A stretch of 43,528 bases of DNA from a virus (lineage: Duplodnaviria > Caudoviricetes). The translations under genes were made by a program, and so were the position numbers. The notes below the pieces were generated by a model that saw only the letters and a list, made by a program, of their open reading frames with translations, was not told the origin of the DNA and ran no database searches. The DNA lies in IMG/VR virus record IMGVR_UViG_3300006169_000003, positions 1 through 43,528 of that record. The stretch is one strand, 5' to 3'. Positions within the stretch are counted from its first letter, which is position 1; each line of letters starts with the position of its first letter. Positions 24,294 to 33,611 of the stretch are shown piece after piece.

Positions 24294-27061
24294 CAGACGG
24301 GCTCCAGGCCAGAGGAGTCGACAGGCAGCACCTCCAGCGTAGGCGATTCAGGCCAGCCGCCGGTCCGCTGCACCGAATAGGAGTAGCCGTTCCCGTCTGG
24401 CGTGCGGCTGCTGCCGGCGGAGTACTTCGGGCCGAAGGCCGTGCCGTCGTGGATGACCTCCCAGGTGCCCGAGGTCGGGAACTTGGCGTAGAGAAAGACC
24501 CGGGTGAACCCGTAATCGTCCACCAGGTCGAAGGTGATCGCCTCGTCCACGTCGAGGGCGCCGCCCGGCGCCGGCAGAACGTTCTCGATGGTGGGCGGCA
24601 GGTTCGCCGGCGGCACGTCGAAGACGTAGGAGAGACTGGAGACGAACAGCCCCTCGTTGGTCACGCCATCGCGCGCATAGAGCTTGATGGTCGGATTCTC
24701 TCGCCAGCCGGCATCCCGCGCGAAGGTGTAGCGATTGCCACCAGTGATTGCGAGGACGGAGCCCGTGTAGCCGGTGCCGAAGGCGCTGCCGGTGTAGACG
24801 ACTTCTGGAGGCAGGCCGTCGTCGAAGTGCGCCACCAGAATGACCCGCGCCAAGCCCGAGAGCGCAGCGTCTGTCACATTGACTGCTATTGTAGAAGAAC
24901 TGAGGGCCAGCGTTGCGCCTCCAGCTGGAGAGTGCGCCGCCATGGTGGGGGCTGCGGTGTCGAGAGAGGGCAGGACCGGCAGGCCGGCATCGGTGCGGAT
25001 TTCCAGCTCCGTGAGTGCGCGCTTCTGGACGTGGTAGTCGTCGAGGACGAGGGTGTTTGCGTTGCTGGTGCTGCTCCATTTCCCAAAGAAGTGGATGGCG
25101 TTGTTGCCGCCCGAGGGGCCGGTGAGGTTGTTGGCGGTCACCAACCTCTCTCCGTCAATCCAGATTTCCCCGATGAACTTGCCCGGATTCGCCGGGTCAT
25201 TGCGGCGGATGCCGTGGATGATGTGCAGGCCTCCGTGGCGGTTCAGCTGCGCGTCGACCTGGACGCCGGAGCCGGCCAGGTACTCCCAGCCGAAGGAGAG
25301 AACAGAGGCCGCCGAGAAGTGCAGGAACCAGAGGTAGTTCCTGGTCGAGTCGGACTCGAAGCCCGTCTCGCCCCAGGAGCAGAGGCTGCGGCCCGAGGCG
25401 TTCAACGAGGGAAAGTAGGCCGCAATCCGCACGGTGATTTCGCCCAGCGCAAGCGCGGCCACGTCGCTGCGCGGGTAGTCGAGGAGGTCCCAGCTGCTGG
25501 AGGCGAAGAGGCGCGCCCCAGAGGCGCCGCCGGCGTCGTTTACAATGGCCTGCGTTTTTGTCTGCGGCGTTCCCGAGTGCCGGAGGTGGACGCCATAGGG
25601 GCCGTCGTCCACAAGGTCGGGCAGCTCGTCCAGGCGCCAGTGGTAGGCGGTGCTGGCATCGGTGACGTGCATGTGGTCGGCAATGGCTGCGTCCGCTGCG
25701 ATTTCCACGTCCGCCCGCGCGACCTTGCTCAGGCGGAGGCTGCGGATCATCCCCTGGAAGCTCTCGCCGAACTCCAGAATGTCCGAGGTGCCGCCGGTGG
25801 GGCCTGGCAGCGGGCCATCCGTCTCCTGGAGGACGCCGTTGACGAAGTAGTCGATGTAGCTGTTGCCGGCGGTGCTGCCGTTCGTGATGCCCTCGGTGTA
25901 GCCGGCGATGATTTCCGCATCCGAGCGCGCGACGTTGCTGATGCGAACCTCGTCGATGCTGCCGGCGAAGTAGCGGTTGGCCGCAGGGTGCCGCGCGACG
26001 CTGAGAAGCGACGTGGTGCCGCTGCCAATCGTCGGAGAGACGAGGGAGCCCGAGGTGCCGACCTTGACCCCGTCGATGAAGAGGTCCACGACGGAGGAGG
26101 CGCCGGTCGTGGTGCGCTTCATGGCGACGTGGTGCCAGCCGCCGGTGGCGATCGTTCCCGGCGAGGTGAACGTCTGCATGCCGCTGGTGTCGTTCTCCCA
26201 GCGCGCCACCAGGTGGCCGGTCGAGTCGATGGCCAGCTCGAAGAGATTGCGGTTGGCCAGGACTGCGGTGGCCCCGGCGTAGCAGATGATGGTCGAGTCG
26301 GCCCAGGTGGTGATGTTTATCCAGGCCTCGACGGTCAGGCTTTCGTCGACGGCCGTCCGAAAGGCAGAGACCGCCGGCGAGGTCCCGTACTGCGTCGTGC
26401 CGTTGAAGGTGCGGCACTTGTAAATCTGACCGTTGGCGATGGTCGGAGTGTTGACCCAGGTGATGTTGCGGACGTTGGGGGAGAGGTCTTGGCAGGCCGT
26501 CCCCTGCCCCTCGTCCAGGCCCCACATCGCGACCACGTTCGCGTCCATGATGTGGCCGACGCGCCGCTTGCGGATTGCGACGTGCGTCACCACTCCGACG
26601 ACGAGGCCGTCGCCGACGCCCTGGCTGCCGCCGCCATTGACGCCGAGGTCGTACTCCCAGAAGCAGTCGAGGCGGCCGTTCGCCTGGAAGGCCATGCGGC
26701 CCAGGTAGTTCGTGGCCTCCGTCTCGCCGGTGTTGGCGTAGTGGAACAGGTCGTTCGAGTTCAGCGCCTCTGCCAGGACGAACGCCTCGATGGTGTAGGT
26801 GTTCAGCCAGAAGGAGGTCAGCGCGGCGCTGTTCGCCAGCGTGCCGGGAGGGGTGACGGTGTTGTTGAAGCGCCGGCCAAAGCGCCCGAGGACGCCGTTC
26901 CAGTTACGCAGCTCGGCGTAGGGGTTGGAGGCCAGCGTCATGTGCGCGGCCAGCGGTCCCTCGTCTCGGAATTGCGTCCAGGTCTGTGAGGCCGTCTCGT
27001 TGCAGCGGTAGGCCAGCAGCGTGTCGGCATCCATGACGAACGGGGGCTTGGTGACTGGCAT
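24293..27061 (-). CDS. large virion adhesin: three LamG/ConA-like domains plus two Ig-like repeats (about 922 aa)
   Basis: ATG 27061 (MPVTKPPF); 'W.LDEG.G', 'TVEAWI', 'WHHVA', 'LFIDG', 'G.IDEVRIS..ARS..EI'; two C-terminal 'P.I....P..G...GW...PT' repeats. Confidence 0.8.
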   Translation of the reverse strand: MPVTKPPFVMDADTLLAYRCNETASQTWTQFRDEGPLAAHMTLASNPYAELRNWNGVLGRFGRRFNNTVTPPGTLANSAALTSFWLNTYTIEAFVLAEALNSNDLFHYANTGETEATNYLGRMAFQANGRLDCFWEYDLGVNGGGSQGVGDGLVVGVVTHVAIRKRRVGHIMDANVVAMWGLDEGQGTACQDLSPNVRNITWVNTPTIANGQIYKCRTFNGTTQYGTSPAVSAFRTAVDESLTVEAWINITTWADSTIICYAGATAVLANRNLFELAIDSTGHLVARWENDTSGMQTFTSPGTIATGGWHHVAMKRTTTGASSVVDLFIDGVKVGTSGSLVSPTIGSGTTSLLSVARHPAANRYFAGSIDEVRISNVARSDAEIIAGYTEGITNGSTAGNSYIDYFVNGVLQETDGPLPGPTGGTSDILEFGESFQGMIRSLRLSKVARADVEIAADAAIADHMHVTDASTAYHWRLDELPDLVDDGPYGVHLRHSGTPQTKTQAIVNDAGGASGARLFASSSWDLLDYPRSDVAALALGEITVRIAAYFPSLNASGRSLCSWGETGFESDSTRNYLWFLHFSAASVLSFGWEYLAGSGVQVDAQLNRHGGLHIIHGIRRNDPANPGKFIGEIWIDGERLVTANNLTGPSGGNNAIHFFGKWSSTSNANTLVLDDYHVQKRALTELEIRTDAGLPVLPSLDTAAPTMAAHSPAGGATLALSSSTIAVNVTDAALSGLARVILVAHFDDGLPPEVVYTGSAFGTGYTGSVLAITGGNRYTFARDAGWRENPTIKLYARDGVTNEGLFVSSLSYVFDVPPANLPPTIENVLPAPGGALDVDEAITFDLVDDYGFTRVFLYAKFPTSGTWEVIHDGTAFGPKYSAGSSRTPDGNGYSYSVQRTGGWPESPTLEVLPVDSSGLEPV
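25539..25553 (+). promoter_or_regulatory. 15-bp motif copy TTTACAATGGCCTGC
   Basis: Inside the adhesin CDS; exact match. Confidence 0.65.
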
Positions 27062-27522
27062 CAGGGCACCTTGAAGAGCGAGGTGTTGGAGTTGGGCGGG
27101 CCGCAGGAGATCGTCCCGTTCGCGGCTGCGACGTTGGCGCCTGACAGCTGTCCCGCTGTGACCGTGACTGAGTGGGTGTGGTCCGCCTTGGCCAGGCCGA
27201 CCGTCCCTCCGTTCAGCGCAAGCTCGGTGATGACGCTTTCGCCCCAGAGCATGGCGCGCGGCCTCCTGGGGTCGCCTCCCTCGAAGCCCAGCAGCACAGA
27301 GGCGCCGGCCTCCAGCTTTGCCCTTGCGCCGGGCAGGCCCAGGAGGATGGGAACCTTGGAGGGGACGCTGACCTTGGTGCTTTCCGCGCGCAGCTCCAGG
27401 CTGCCGTCCGCGTTCTGGCTGACGACGGTGCACGGGTACAGCGCGTGGTAGTCGGTGGGCGCCACCAGGTCGCGAATGAGGGCCAGCAGGCCGCCCTTGA
27501 TGCGGTCGAGCTCCGCGCTCAT
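27061..27522 (-). CDS. baseplate central spike (gpV/gp45-like)
   Basis: OB-fold-like 'VV....G...VP...G..VLLGF.GGDP..P' and an HxH tip motif (DHTH); ATG 27522. Confidence 0.8.
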   Translation of the reverse strand: MSAELDRIKGGLLALIRDLVAPTDYHALYPCTVVSQNADGSLELRAESTKVSVPSKVPILLGLPGARAKLEAGASVLLGFEGGDPRRPRAMLWGESVITELALNGGTVGLAKADHTHSVTVTAGQLSGANVAAANGTISCGPPNSNTSLFKVP

Positions 27523-28175
27523 GCCTGGGCCTCGAACCAGACCGCGGTGGAGACCCTGGCCTCCGAAACCCGGTGCTCGACGTAGCTGGTCTTCCGTCCA
27601 AGAAAGAGTTGGCCAGGCAGCACGGACGGTGAATGGGAGAACAGGCGGATGCAGTCCTCTAGCGGCTGGTAGTCTGTAATTTCTACTTCCGGCGCGATGG
27701 CGGGCCAGGACTCGGCGCCGACCCACAGCTGGCCGCCCGGCAGGAAGCGCCAGACTGCCCCAGGAACGTCGGAAAGCAGCCGCCCCAGGGCTGAGCCCCC
27801 GCTGCCCTCCAGGCGCGCCCAATGGCCCAGGAGGACGTTCGTGACGGATGCATCGCAGGTCGGAGCGAGTGTTTCCCCGGTCTCGCGGGCAATGTCCTGC
27901 AACGGAACCATGACCGGCGATGAGTGGTAGCCCTTGGCGGCCAGCTGGCTGGGCAGGCCTCCGACCCCGCCGACCATGCGGACGAAGGCATTGGCCCGAT
28001 ATCCGACGCCCCGCGTCACGGCGCCCACGAAGGGCACGTCGCCAATCACCAGCAGCTGCTGGCCTGCTGGGGGCTCCTCCGCGTCGACGCGCAGCTCGGC
28101 GGTCCAGGCGCCCACCCGAGGCAGGGAGACGCGCGCGTCGAGGATTGGGACGCCTCCGAGGGTCGCGTAGGCCAT
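27519..28175 (-). CDS. baseplate hub (gp44/gpD-like)
   Basis: ATG 28175 after GGAGG; position upstream of the spike gene. Confidence 0.65.
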   Translation of the reverse strand: MAYATLGGVPILDARVSLPRVGAWTAELRVDAEEPPAGQQLLVIGDVPFVGAVTRGVGYRANAFVRMVGGVGGLPSQLAAKGYHSSPVMVPLQDIARETGETLAPTCDASVTNVLLGHWARLEGSGGSALGRLLSDVPGAVWRFLPGGQLWVGAESWPAIAPEVEITDYQPLEDCIRLFSHSPSVLPGQLFLGRKTSYVEHRVSEARVSTAVWFEAQA

Positions 28176-28179
28176 TGGG

Positions 28180-29043
28180 TCACCAGCCTCCGCTCGCGCC
28201 GCCGGTGTTGGGCGGCGCCTTGGAGAACTTGGAGGGCTTGGCGCTGGCGCGGCGCTCCTGCTCGATGGTGGCCGCCGTCTTGCCGACGTTCTTCTCGATG
28301 ACGAGGAGATCCTGCGACGAGGTCGGGGTCTGGACGGTGCTGGGCTTGTAGATGAACTCCTCGCACTCGATGGTGCTCTCCCAGATGTCGCCGTCGCTGC
28401 TGGCCACCGGGATGCTGACCTCGGTGATGAGGACGCTGCGGATTTTGAAGAGCGCCAGCATGGGGTGGTACACGTCGATGGGCTTGGGGCCAACCGGCAC
28501 GGACTTTTTCGTCACCTTGGTCGTGCCCGGCACGACGCCCGAGTAGCCGGCGGTGAATGTCCCCGGCGAATTCCCCGTGGCGCCGGCTGCGCTGGTGAAT
28601 CCGGCGGCCGTCGTGCCCGTCACGGAGCCCGTGAACCCAACCGCCTCGGTGGTGGTCGTCGTCTTGTAGCGCTGCTGCTTCAGGAGGGGAATCAGCCGGG
28701 CAAAGGCCTCCAGGTGCTCGGCGGTCCACATTCGCACGCTGATTTGAAATTTGGCGGCCTGGATGCCGGACTGCTTCACCTTGTGGCCATGGGTTCCCGC
28801 CGGGCTGTCGCGCTGGAGCTTTTGCGCGAAGCCCTTGCCCGTGACCTTGCAGTGGCCAGGCAGCAGGATGTTCTTCGCGAAGCGCACCGTCTCGTAGGTG
28901 GCTGGGTAGTTGCCCCAGAAAGGTGTGCCCTCTCCCCACTCCAGGAGGAGGCTGCGGACGCGCAGCTGGTCATCGTCGTCGCCCTCGACGGGGCTGGCGG
29001 TGATGATTTGCTTGGTGAGGTCCAGGAAAGGCGTGCTTCTCAT
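28180..29043 (-). CDS. tail tube initiator / baseplate protein with a Thr/Gly-rich insert
   Basis: Position after the tape measure; 'IEC.EF' strand pattern. Confidence 0.6.
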   Translation of the reverse strand: MRSTPFLDLTKQIITASPVEGDDDDQLRVRSLLLEWGEGTPFWGNYPATYETVRFAKNILLPGHCKVTGKGFAQKLQRDSPAGTHGHKVKQSGIQAAKFQISVRMWTAEHLEAFARLIPLLKQQRYKTTTTTEAVGFTGSVTGTTAAGFTSAAGATGNSPGTFTAGYSGVVPGTTKVTKKSVPVGPKPIDVYHPMLALFKIRSVLITEVSIPVASSDGDIWESTIECEEFIYKPSTVQTPTSSQDLLVIEKNVGKTAATIEQERRASAKPSKFSKAPPNTGGASGGW

Positions 29044-30773
29044 GTCGTCAGCCCTCGCTCAGTTGCCAGCTGGTCGAAAATGCCGGCGATTGTAGAAGGC
29101 AGCATCTCGCGGAGCTTCTGTGCGATGGAATCCGCATCGGCTCCCATGCCAGCATTCACGTGGATGGTCAGTTCGACATTGACCCCGCCGCCGGCGCTGC
29201 CTCCCCCCCTCCCGGTGGCGCCGGCGGCCAGGTCCGCAGCCAGCTGCCCATCCATTCCGGGGACACGTTCAGTGCCCTCGTTGAAGCCCTTGATGACGTT
29301 CTCGCCGTGGTCCTGGAAGACGCGAGAGGGCGAGCGGATTTCGAGGAAGTCGGAGAAGCCCTGGTCGAGGCCCTTCCCCATGTCCTTGCCAATGTCCTTC
29401 ATCGTCGACCAGTAGAGGTTGCCGGTGAAGAGGTGCATCAGCCCCTCCAGCACTCCGCCGGCGACGACCTCGACCAGCTTGACGACGAGCGAGACGAACC
29501 GGGCAAAGAAGCTGACCGCCGGCCCGAAGACCGCCACCAGCGTTCCGAACCCGAGGGCGAGGTAGCCCACGATTTTGCCCAGGAATTGAAAGACACCCCC
29601 GAGGGACCAGGCCAGGCTTTCCGTGCCTCCCAGCTGCTCGTTGATTTGCATGAGGGGGCCGATGCCCACCTTGAGGCCGTCCCAGAAGCCTCCGAACACG
29701 GCCAGGCCTGCGTCCCAGAGGTGGCCGAAGATGCGGCCCCCGACCTCCAGCATGCTGATCATCCTCTCCAGCCCGCCCACCCCGTCCCAATCCTCGAAGC
29801 GCCCAATGGTGGCCGCGAACATGCGGTCGAAGACGGCCTGGAAGCGCTTGCCGCTGTCGGTGCTGGTGTCGAGGGCGTCGATGATGTTCGACATGACCCC
29901 CTTCACCGTCTTGAACCAGGGCGCGTTGGAGATATCCATCGTCAGCCACAGGTTCGTGATGGTGTCCTCCAAGTTGGACCAGAGGCCTCCGAGGGTCTTC
30001 GACTGCTCGATGGAATTCTGGCCGATGACCCCGCCGCCCAGGCCTTTCGCGACGTTCATCACGCCCATGATGGCGACCCGCGCCGGCACCAGGCCGTTCT
30101 GCATCATCGAGTCGATGCTGCTCTCGGCGACCCCCATTATTTTGGCGATCTCTCCGAACAGCTTCATGCGACTGACGGCGCCGCCGGCGGCCTCCGTAAT
30201 CTGGTTGAGCTCCTGCCCTGCCAGGTGGCCCTTGCCCATGACCTGAGAGAAGGCCAGGGTCAGGCTGCCAATCGCCTCCGCGCCTCTGCCGGACATGGCC
30301 GCAATGTCAGAGAGGCCCTGGAAGACGACCGGGACCTCCTCCATTCCGAAGCCTGCCGCGCCCAGCTTGTTGAATGCGCCGGCGACCTCTTTCACGTTGA
30401 ACGGGGTGAGGCGCGCCAGGGCAGAGGCCTTCTTGAACATCTCGTCAGCGGCCTCCGCGCTGCCCCACAGCGCCTTTCCCGTGGCCAGCGCGGACTCCTT
30501 GAACGCGAAGTTCTCGAAGGCCGTCTTGCCTATGAGGACGCCGGTGGCAACGAAAGCGGCGCCGGCGATGGCCGCCCCTTTCGTCAGCCAGCCCAGCGCG
30601 CTGCCCAGGAGCATCGCCTTGCTGCCGGCCAGCTCCTGGTCCTTGGCGAACTTTCCGAAGCCGCTGGAGGTGTTCCCAATGGCGTTGTGCATCGCCAGCA
30701 GCCGGTTGCGGATGCGCCCGGCGGGACCGCTCATGCGGTCGAACATCTCGGCAATCCACGTCATCTTCTCCAC
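29040..30773 (-). CDS. tape measure protein
   Basis: 'LARLTPF.V.EV...L.A.GF...Q...KG.L.GQELNQ...TLGGLWSNL.D...I.SPSRVF...G'. Confidence 0.9.
   Translation of the reverse strand: MEKMTWIAEMFDRMSGPAGRIRNRLLAMHNAIGNTSSGFGKFAKDQELAGSKAMLLGSALGWLTKGAAIAGAAFVATGVLIGKTAFENFAFKESALATGKALWGSAEAADEMFKKASALARLTPFNVKEVAGAFNKLGAAGFGMEEVPVVFQGLSDIAAMSGRGAEAIGSLTLAFSQVMGKGHLAGQELNQITEAAGGAVSRMKLFGEIAKIMGVAESSIDSMMQNGLVPARVAIMGVMNVAKGLGGGVIGQNSIEQSKTLGGLWSNLEDTITNLWLTMDISNAPWFKTVKGVMSNIIDALDTSTDSGKRFQAVFDRMFAATIGRFEDWDGVGGLERMISMLEVGGRIFGHLWDAGLAVFGGFWDGLKVGIGPLMQINEQLGGTESLAWSLGGVFQFLGKIVGYLALGFGTLVAVFGPAVSFFARFVSLVVKLVEVVAGGVLEGLMHLFTGNLYWSTMKDIGKDMGKGLDQGFSDFLEIRSPSRVFQDHGENVIKGFNEGTERVPGMDGQLAADLAAGATGRGGGSAGGGVNVELTIHVNAGMGADADSIAQKLREMLPSTIAGIFDQLATERGLTT
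29082..29096 (-). promoter_or_regulatory. 15-bp motif copy TCTACAATCGCCGGC
   Basis: Inside the 3' end of the tape measure gene; exact match. Confidence 0.65.
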
Positions 30774-30785
30774 GGGCCACCTCGG

Positions 30786-31348
30786 TCACTTCTTCGTGAA
30801 TAGTCCGCGGAAGAGACTGAAGAACTGCACCACCATCAGCTCGCCCGCGTACCCAAGCTCGTCAATCGCGTCCCTCTCCGACTCCAGCGGCTCCCCGAAT
30901 GTGCCGGGGAGCTTCCGGTGCAGCATCACGTGCAGCGCGTCAGCGGCGAATTGGTCGTCCTTGCAAAATCGTTCGACCAGCGCCGTCTCACGCGCTAGAG
31001 GACTTTTTTTTCGACGTCCTTGGAGAGGCCCGCCACCTGGGCCAGCTCGTCCGTGAAGGTCTCAATGAGGGCGGGCCGCGACTCCAGCCAGCCGTCAAAG
31101 GTCGCCTTGTCGGGGTACAGCAGACAGCTACGCACCAGGTTCTCGCCGGCCTCGTCGCGCTTGCGCGTGTCCGACATGTGGCTGCGGAAGCGGCGCCAGA
31201 CCGGGTTGGAGGGCGCGCGGAAGAAGGCCTTCTCTCCCGTCTCGGCGGTGAACACATGGACCGCCTCGACCTGGTGCTGCGCCTTGAGGTCCCGCGCGAT
31301 GTCCTCGTCGGTTCGCTTGGGGACAGTTTCGAGCTTTGGAGCTGCCAT
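30786..31348 (-). CDS. tail assembly chaperone, long (GT) form via -1 frameshift
   Basis: GAA AAA AAA GTC at about 31012-31001; the -1 frame stays open to TGA 30786 (...SPLARETALVERFCKDD...LFRGLFTKK). Confidence 0.7.
30995..31348 (-). CDS. tail assembly chaperone, short (G) form
   Basis: Between tube and tape measure; GGAGGT RBS. Confidence 0.8.
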   Translation of the reverse strand: MAAPKLETVPKRTDEDIARDLKAQHQVEAVHVFTAETGEKAFFRAPSNPVWRRFRSHMSDTRKRDEAGENLVRSCLLYPDKATFDGWLESRPALIETFTDELAQVAGLSKDVEKKVL

Positions 31349-31410
31349 TTCTCAACCTCCGGTTGGCGGCCTCCGAAGGATTGGAAGGCCCTTCCCCGGA
31401 GGCTGCGAGT

Positions 31411-31425
31411 TTCACAAAAGCTAGC
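31411..31425 (+). promoter_or_regulatory. 15-bp motif near copy TTCACAAAAGCTAGC
   Basis: One mismatch; overlaps the tube stop codon. Confidence 0.6.
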
Positions 31426-31885
31426 GCAAAAGCTGCTCAGGCGACAGCGCTGAGAGGCCGTTCCGCAGCACGTACATGATGGACAGGTCGCAGCTGACGG
31501 TCAGCGGGTCGCTGCCTTCGCTGGGGCTGTCCTCGTCGCTGGCCAGGCGGACGCCGGCCAGGGTGTCGGTGATGACGGCCAGGCCCGAGGGCGTGTACTG
31601 GACGACGACCTGGAAGCTGACCTCCATGTAGCCGAGGGTTCCGCCCTTCGCGAGGTCGGTGATCAGCTCCTGGTAGTCCTCCTTGTACATCTCCAGGCTG
31701 CCTTCCGGCTCATAGATGCCGCGCGTGCGCCCGGTCGGCTGCGAACGCGTGCCGCGCATGACGCCCGGAGTGAGCGCCTGCCGATAGTTGATGCTCTTGA
31801 CGCCGGTGTAGCTCTTGCCGGCGGCATTGATGCGGACGCTGCTCCAGTCGCAGCGGTGGCCATTCACGAGTGGGTACGGAATCAT
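31421..31885 (-). CDS. tail tube protein
   Basis: 154 aa, follows the sheath; 'NG...DW.SV...G..SINY...G....P.GR.RG.Y...GS'. Confidence 0.82.
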   Translation of the reverse strand: MIPYPLVNGHRCDWSSVRINAAGKSYTGVKSINYRQALTPGVMRGTRSQPTGRTRGIYEPEGSLEMYKEDYQELITDLAKGGTLGYMEVSFQVVVQYTPSGLAVITDTLAGVRLASDEDSPSEGSDPLTVSCDLSIMYVLRNGLSALSPEQLLR

Positions 31886-31897
31886 CGGTCAGTCTCC

Positions 31898-33328
31898 TTA
31901 GCCCACTGCTCGGAGGGCGGGGTTTTCGAGGGCGACTTCACCCTCGATGGTCTTGAAATACGTCAGCGGAACGATGCGGTAGCGGACGACCATCTTCTGC
32001 GTGGAGAGGACGTTGATGGTCCGGTCCAGAGAGATTTCGACGTGGCTGGCATAGCCAGGCTCCGTCACCGCCGTGCGCACGCGCGCCTCGATGTTCGCCT
32101 CGACGTCCCGCGCGTCGGTCTCCAGAATGAGGCCCGTCGTTTTGGAGACGCGCACCTCGTCGTTGAGGTAGTCCAGCTGGGCCGCGCGAATCGCTTTACA
32201 AGCGATATCAACCACGCGCCCGTACTGGAGGTACTTGTAGTCGGAGCCCGGCGACACTTTGACCCGCCCATGTGTCACGTAGAAGCCGGTCTTGCCGACG
32301 TGAGTGCGCAGCGTGAGGAAGCCCGCCGCGTCCAGCCCTGGCGTCTTGTACTCGTCGCGCTTGAGGGAATGGATGTTCGTCACCGGCCCCAGGCGAACCT
32401 TGCCCAGGTCCTCGTGCGGCCCAATGGCTGCGGCCCAGGCCACCGCCGGCCAAGCTGCCGGGCGGAGGTGCGCGGCCCCAGAGAGGCGCGAGAGGAGGTA
32501 GGCGTAGCCTCCTGATACCAGCGTCCTGGTGCCCGCCACCGAGGCGAAGGCGGACTTGAGATTCGAGTCCGTGTCGTCGGGGGTCTCGATGATCGCGCGT
32601 GCGTAGCGGAAGTTGTTCGTGGCCGCCGACTGCATCTTGGCCTCGACCGCCGTGAACATCGTCGCCGCGTCAGCTGCGGAGGCCGCAGCGCCGACCACAT
32701 GAATGACGAAGAAGTCCAGCGTGCCGTCGTCCAGCAGCGCCTGGATGGCGGTCTGCGCCTCGGACAGCGTGTAGCTGGGGCCAGTGGTGGTGAAGACCCA
32801 TTCGTCGCCGGCGACAAAGGCGGTGCCGGAGACATAGGTCCAGGTCAGCGTCAGCCCGGTGTTCGGAATGACGTAGACCCCGGAGGTCGGGACGGCAATC
32901 TCTGCCGACCAGGTGCGGCCTCCGTCGAGGCTGTAGCGGAATGTTGCAGCCCCAGCCACCAGGGTCGCGCCGCCCTGGAGGATGACCACCTCCACGTCGT
33001 AGGCGTCGAGGGCAGCGCCCGTGACAGCCAGCGTGGCCGTTCCCGTCTTTGTGGCGGTGACAGAGCCCGCCGCGCCTGCCGTGCTGCTGGGGGCCTTGCA
33101 GAAGATGATAGGCCCTCCCGCCACGTCGAGGACGTTCGCGGCCTGCTCAACGCCTGGGCCGGTGCCGAAGGCATCGCGCAGCGTCTGGGCGTCATTGAAA
33201 GAGGTGGGCGTGTTCGCAGTGCCGGCAGAGGAGGCGCCGACGAACGCGGGAATGCCAACGTCGTTCTGGTCCGCAAGGCCCAGACCGCCGTCTCGGACTG
33301 ATACTGATGCTTCGGGAAGAGTGGCCAT
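31898..33328 (-). CDS. tail sheath protein (DUF2586-like)
   Basis: 'DGGLG...FG.G...LD.AGF.TLRT..G..G.Y......PGSDY..LQYGRVVD.A'. Confidence 0.88.
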   Translation of the reverse strand: MATLPEASVSVRDGGLGLADQNDVGIPAFVGASSAGTANTPTSFNDAQTLRDAFGTGPGVEQAANVLDVAGGPIIFCKAPSSTAGAAGSVTATKTGTATLAVTGAALDAYDVEVVILQGGATLVAGAATFRYSLDGGRTWSAEIAVPTSGVYVIPNTGLTLTWTYVSGTAFVAGDEWVFTTTGPSYTLSEAQTAIQALLDDGTLDFFVIHVVGAAASAADAATMFTAVEAKMQSAATNNFRYARAIIETPDDTDSNLKSAFASVAGTRTLVSGGYAYLLSRLSGAAHLRPAAWPAVAWAAAIGPHEDLGKVRLGPVTNIHSLKRDEYKTPGLDAAGFLTLRTHVGKTGFYVTHGRVKVSPGSDYKYLQYGRVVDIACKAIRAAQLDYLNDEVRVSKTTGLILETDARDVEANIEARVRTAVTEPGYASHVEISLDRTINVLSTQKMVVRYRIVPLTYFKTIEGEVALENPALRAVG

Positions 33329-33363
33329 GGTGCTGGGCTCCTATTGGGGTGGGAAAAGCGGGT

Positions 33364-33600
33364 TCAGTGGAGGTTGCCGTCGATGCGCTCGACCGGGCCG
33401 CCGCCGCCGACCTTGATGCCGCGCACCTCGTCGAGAGCGGACTCCAGGTCGGCCCGGCTGACCTCTTTGCCCTGGCCCCATTTCATGTGCGTGCGGACGG
33501 CAGCCAGCAGCCAGCTGTTCTTCTGGCGCTCGGCCTCGTCCGGGAACTCCTGCTCCGCCCACTCCTGAAACTGCTCCTCGAAAGCCTTTGCCTCTGCCAT
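33364..33600 (-). CDS. small hypothetical protein upstream of the sheath
   Basis: AGGAGG RBS; fits the gap. Confidence 0.7.
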   Translation of the reverse strand: MAEAKAFEEQFQEWAEQEFPDEAERQKNSWLLAAVRTHMKWGQGKEVSRADLESALDEVRGIKVGGGGPVERIDGNLH

Positions 33601-33611
33601 GGGACTGCCTC

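Noticed and set aside
24272-26989. Very long antisense or alternate-frame ORFs (for example 24272-26989 +, 35675-37777 +, 29160-30803 +, 17865-19481 +)
   Set aside because: These are shadow ORFs expected from high GC3 opposite recognisable genes; they have no motifs or RBS of their own.
20848-27061. Diversity-generating retroelement or invertible fibre cassette
   Set aside because: No reverse transcriptase, invertase, template/variable repeat pair or flanking inverted sites were seen.
27062-27601. ORF-track N-terminal extension of the adhesin to 1102 aa
   Set aside because: The R/P/G-rich extension overlaps the spike gene in another frame; the coupled ATG at 27061 is the better start.
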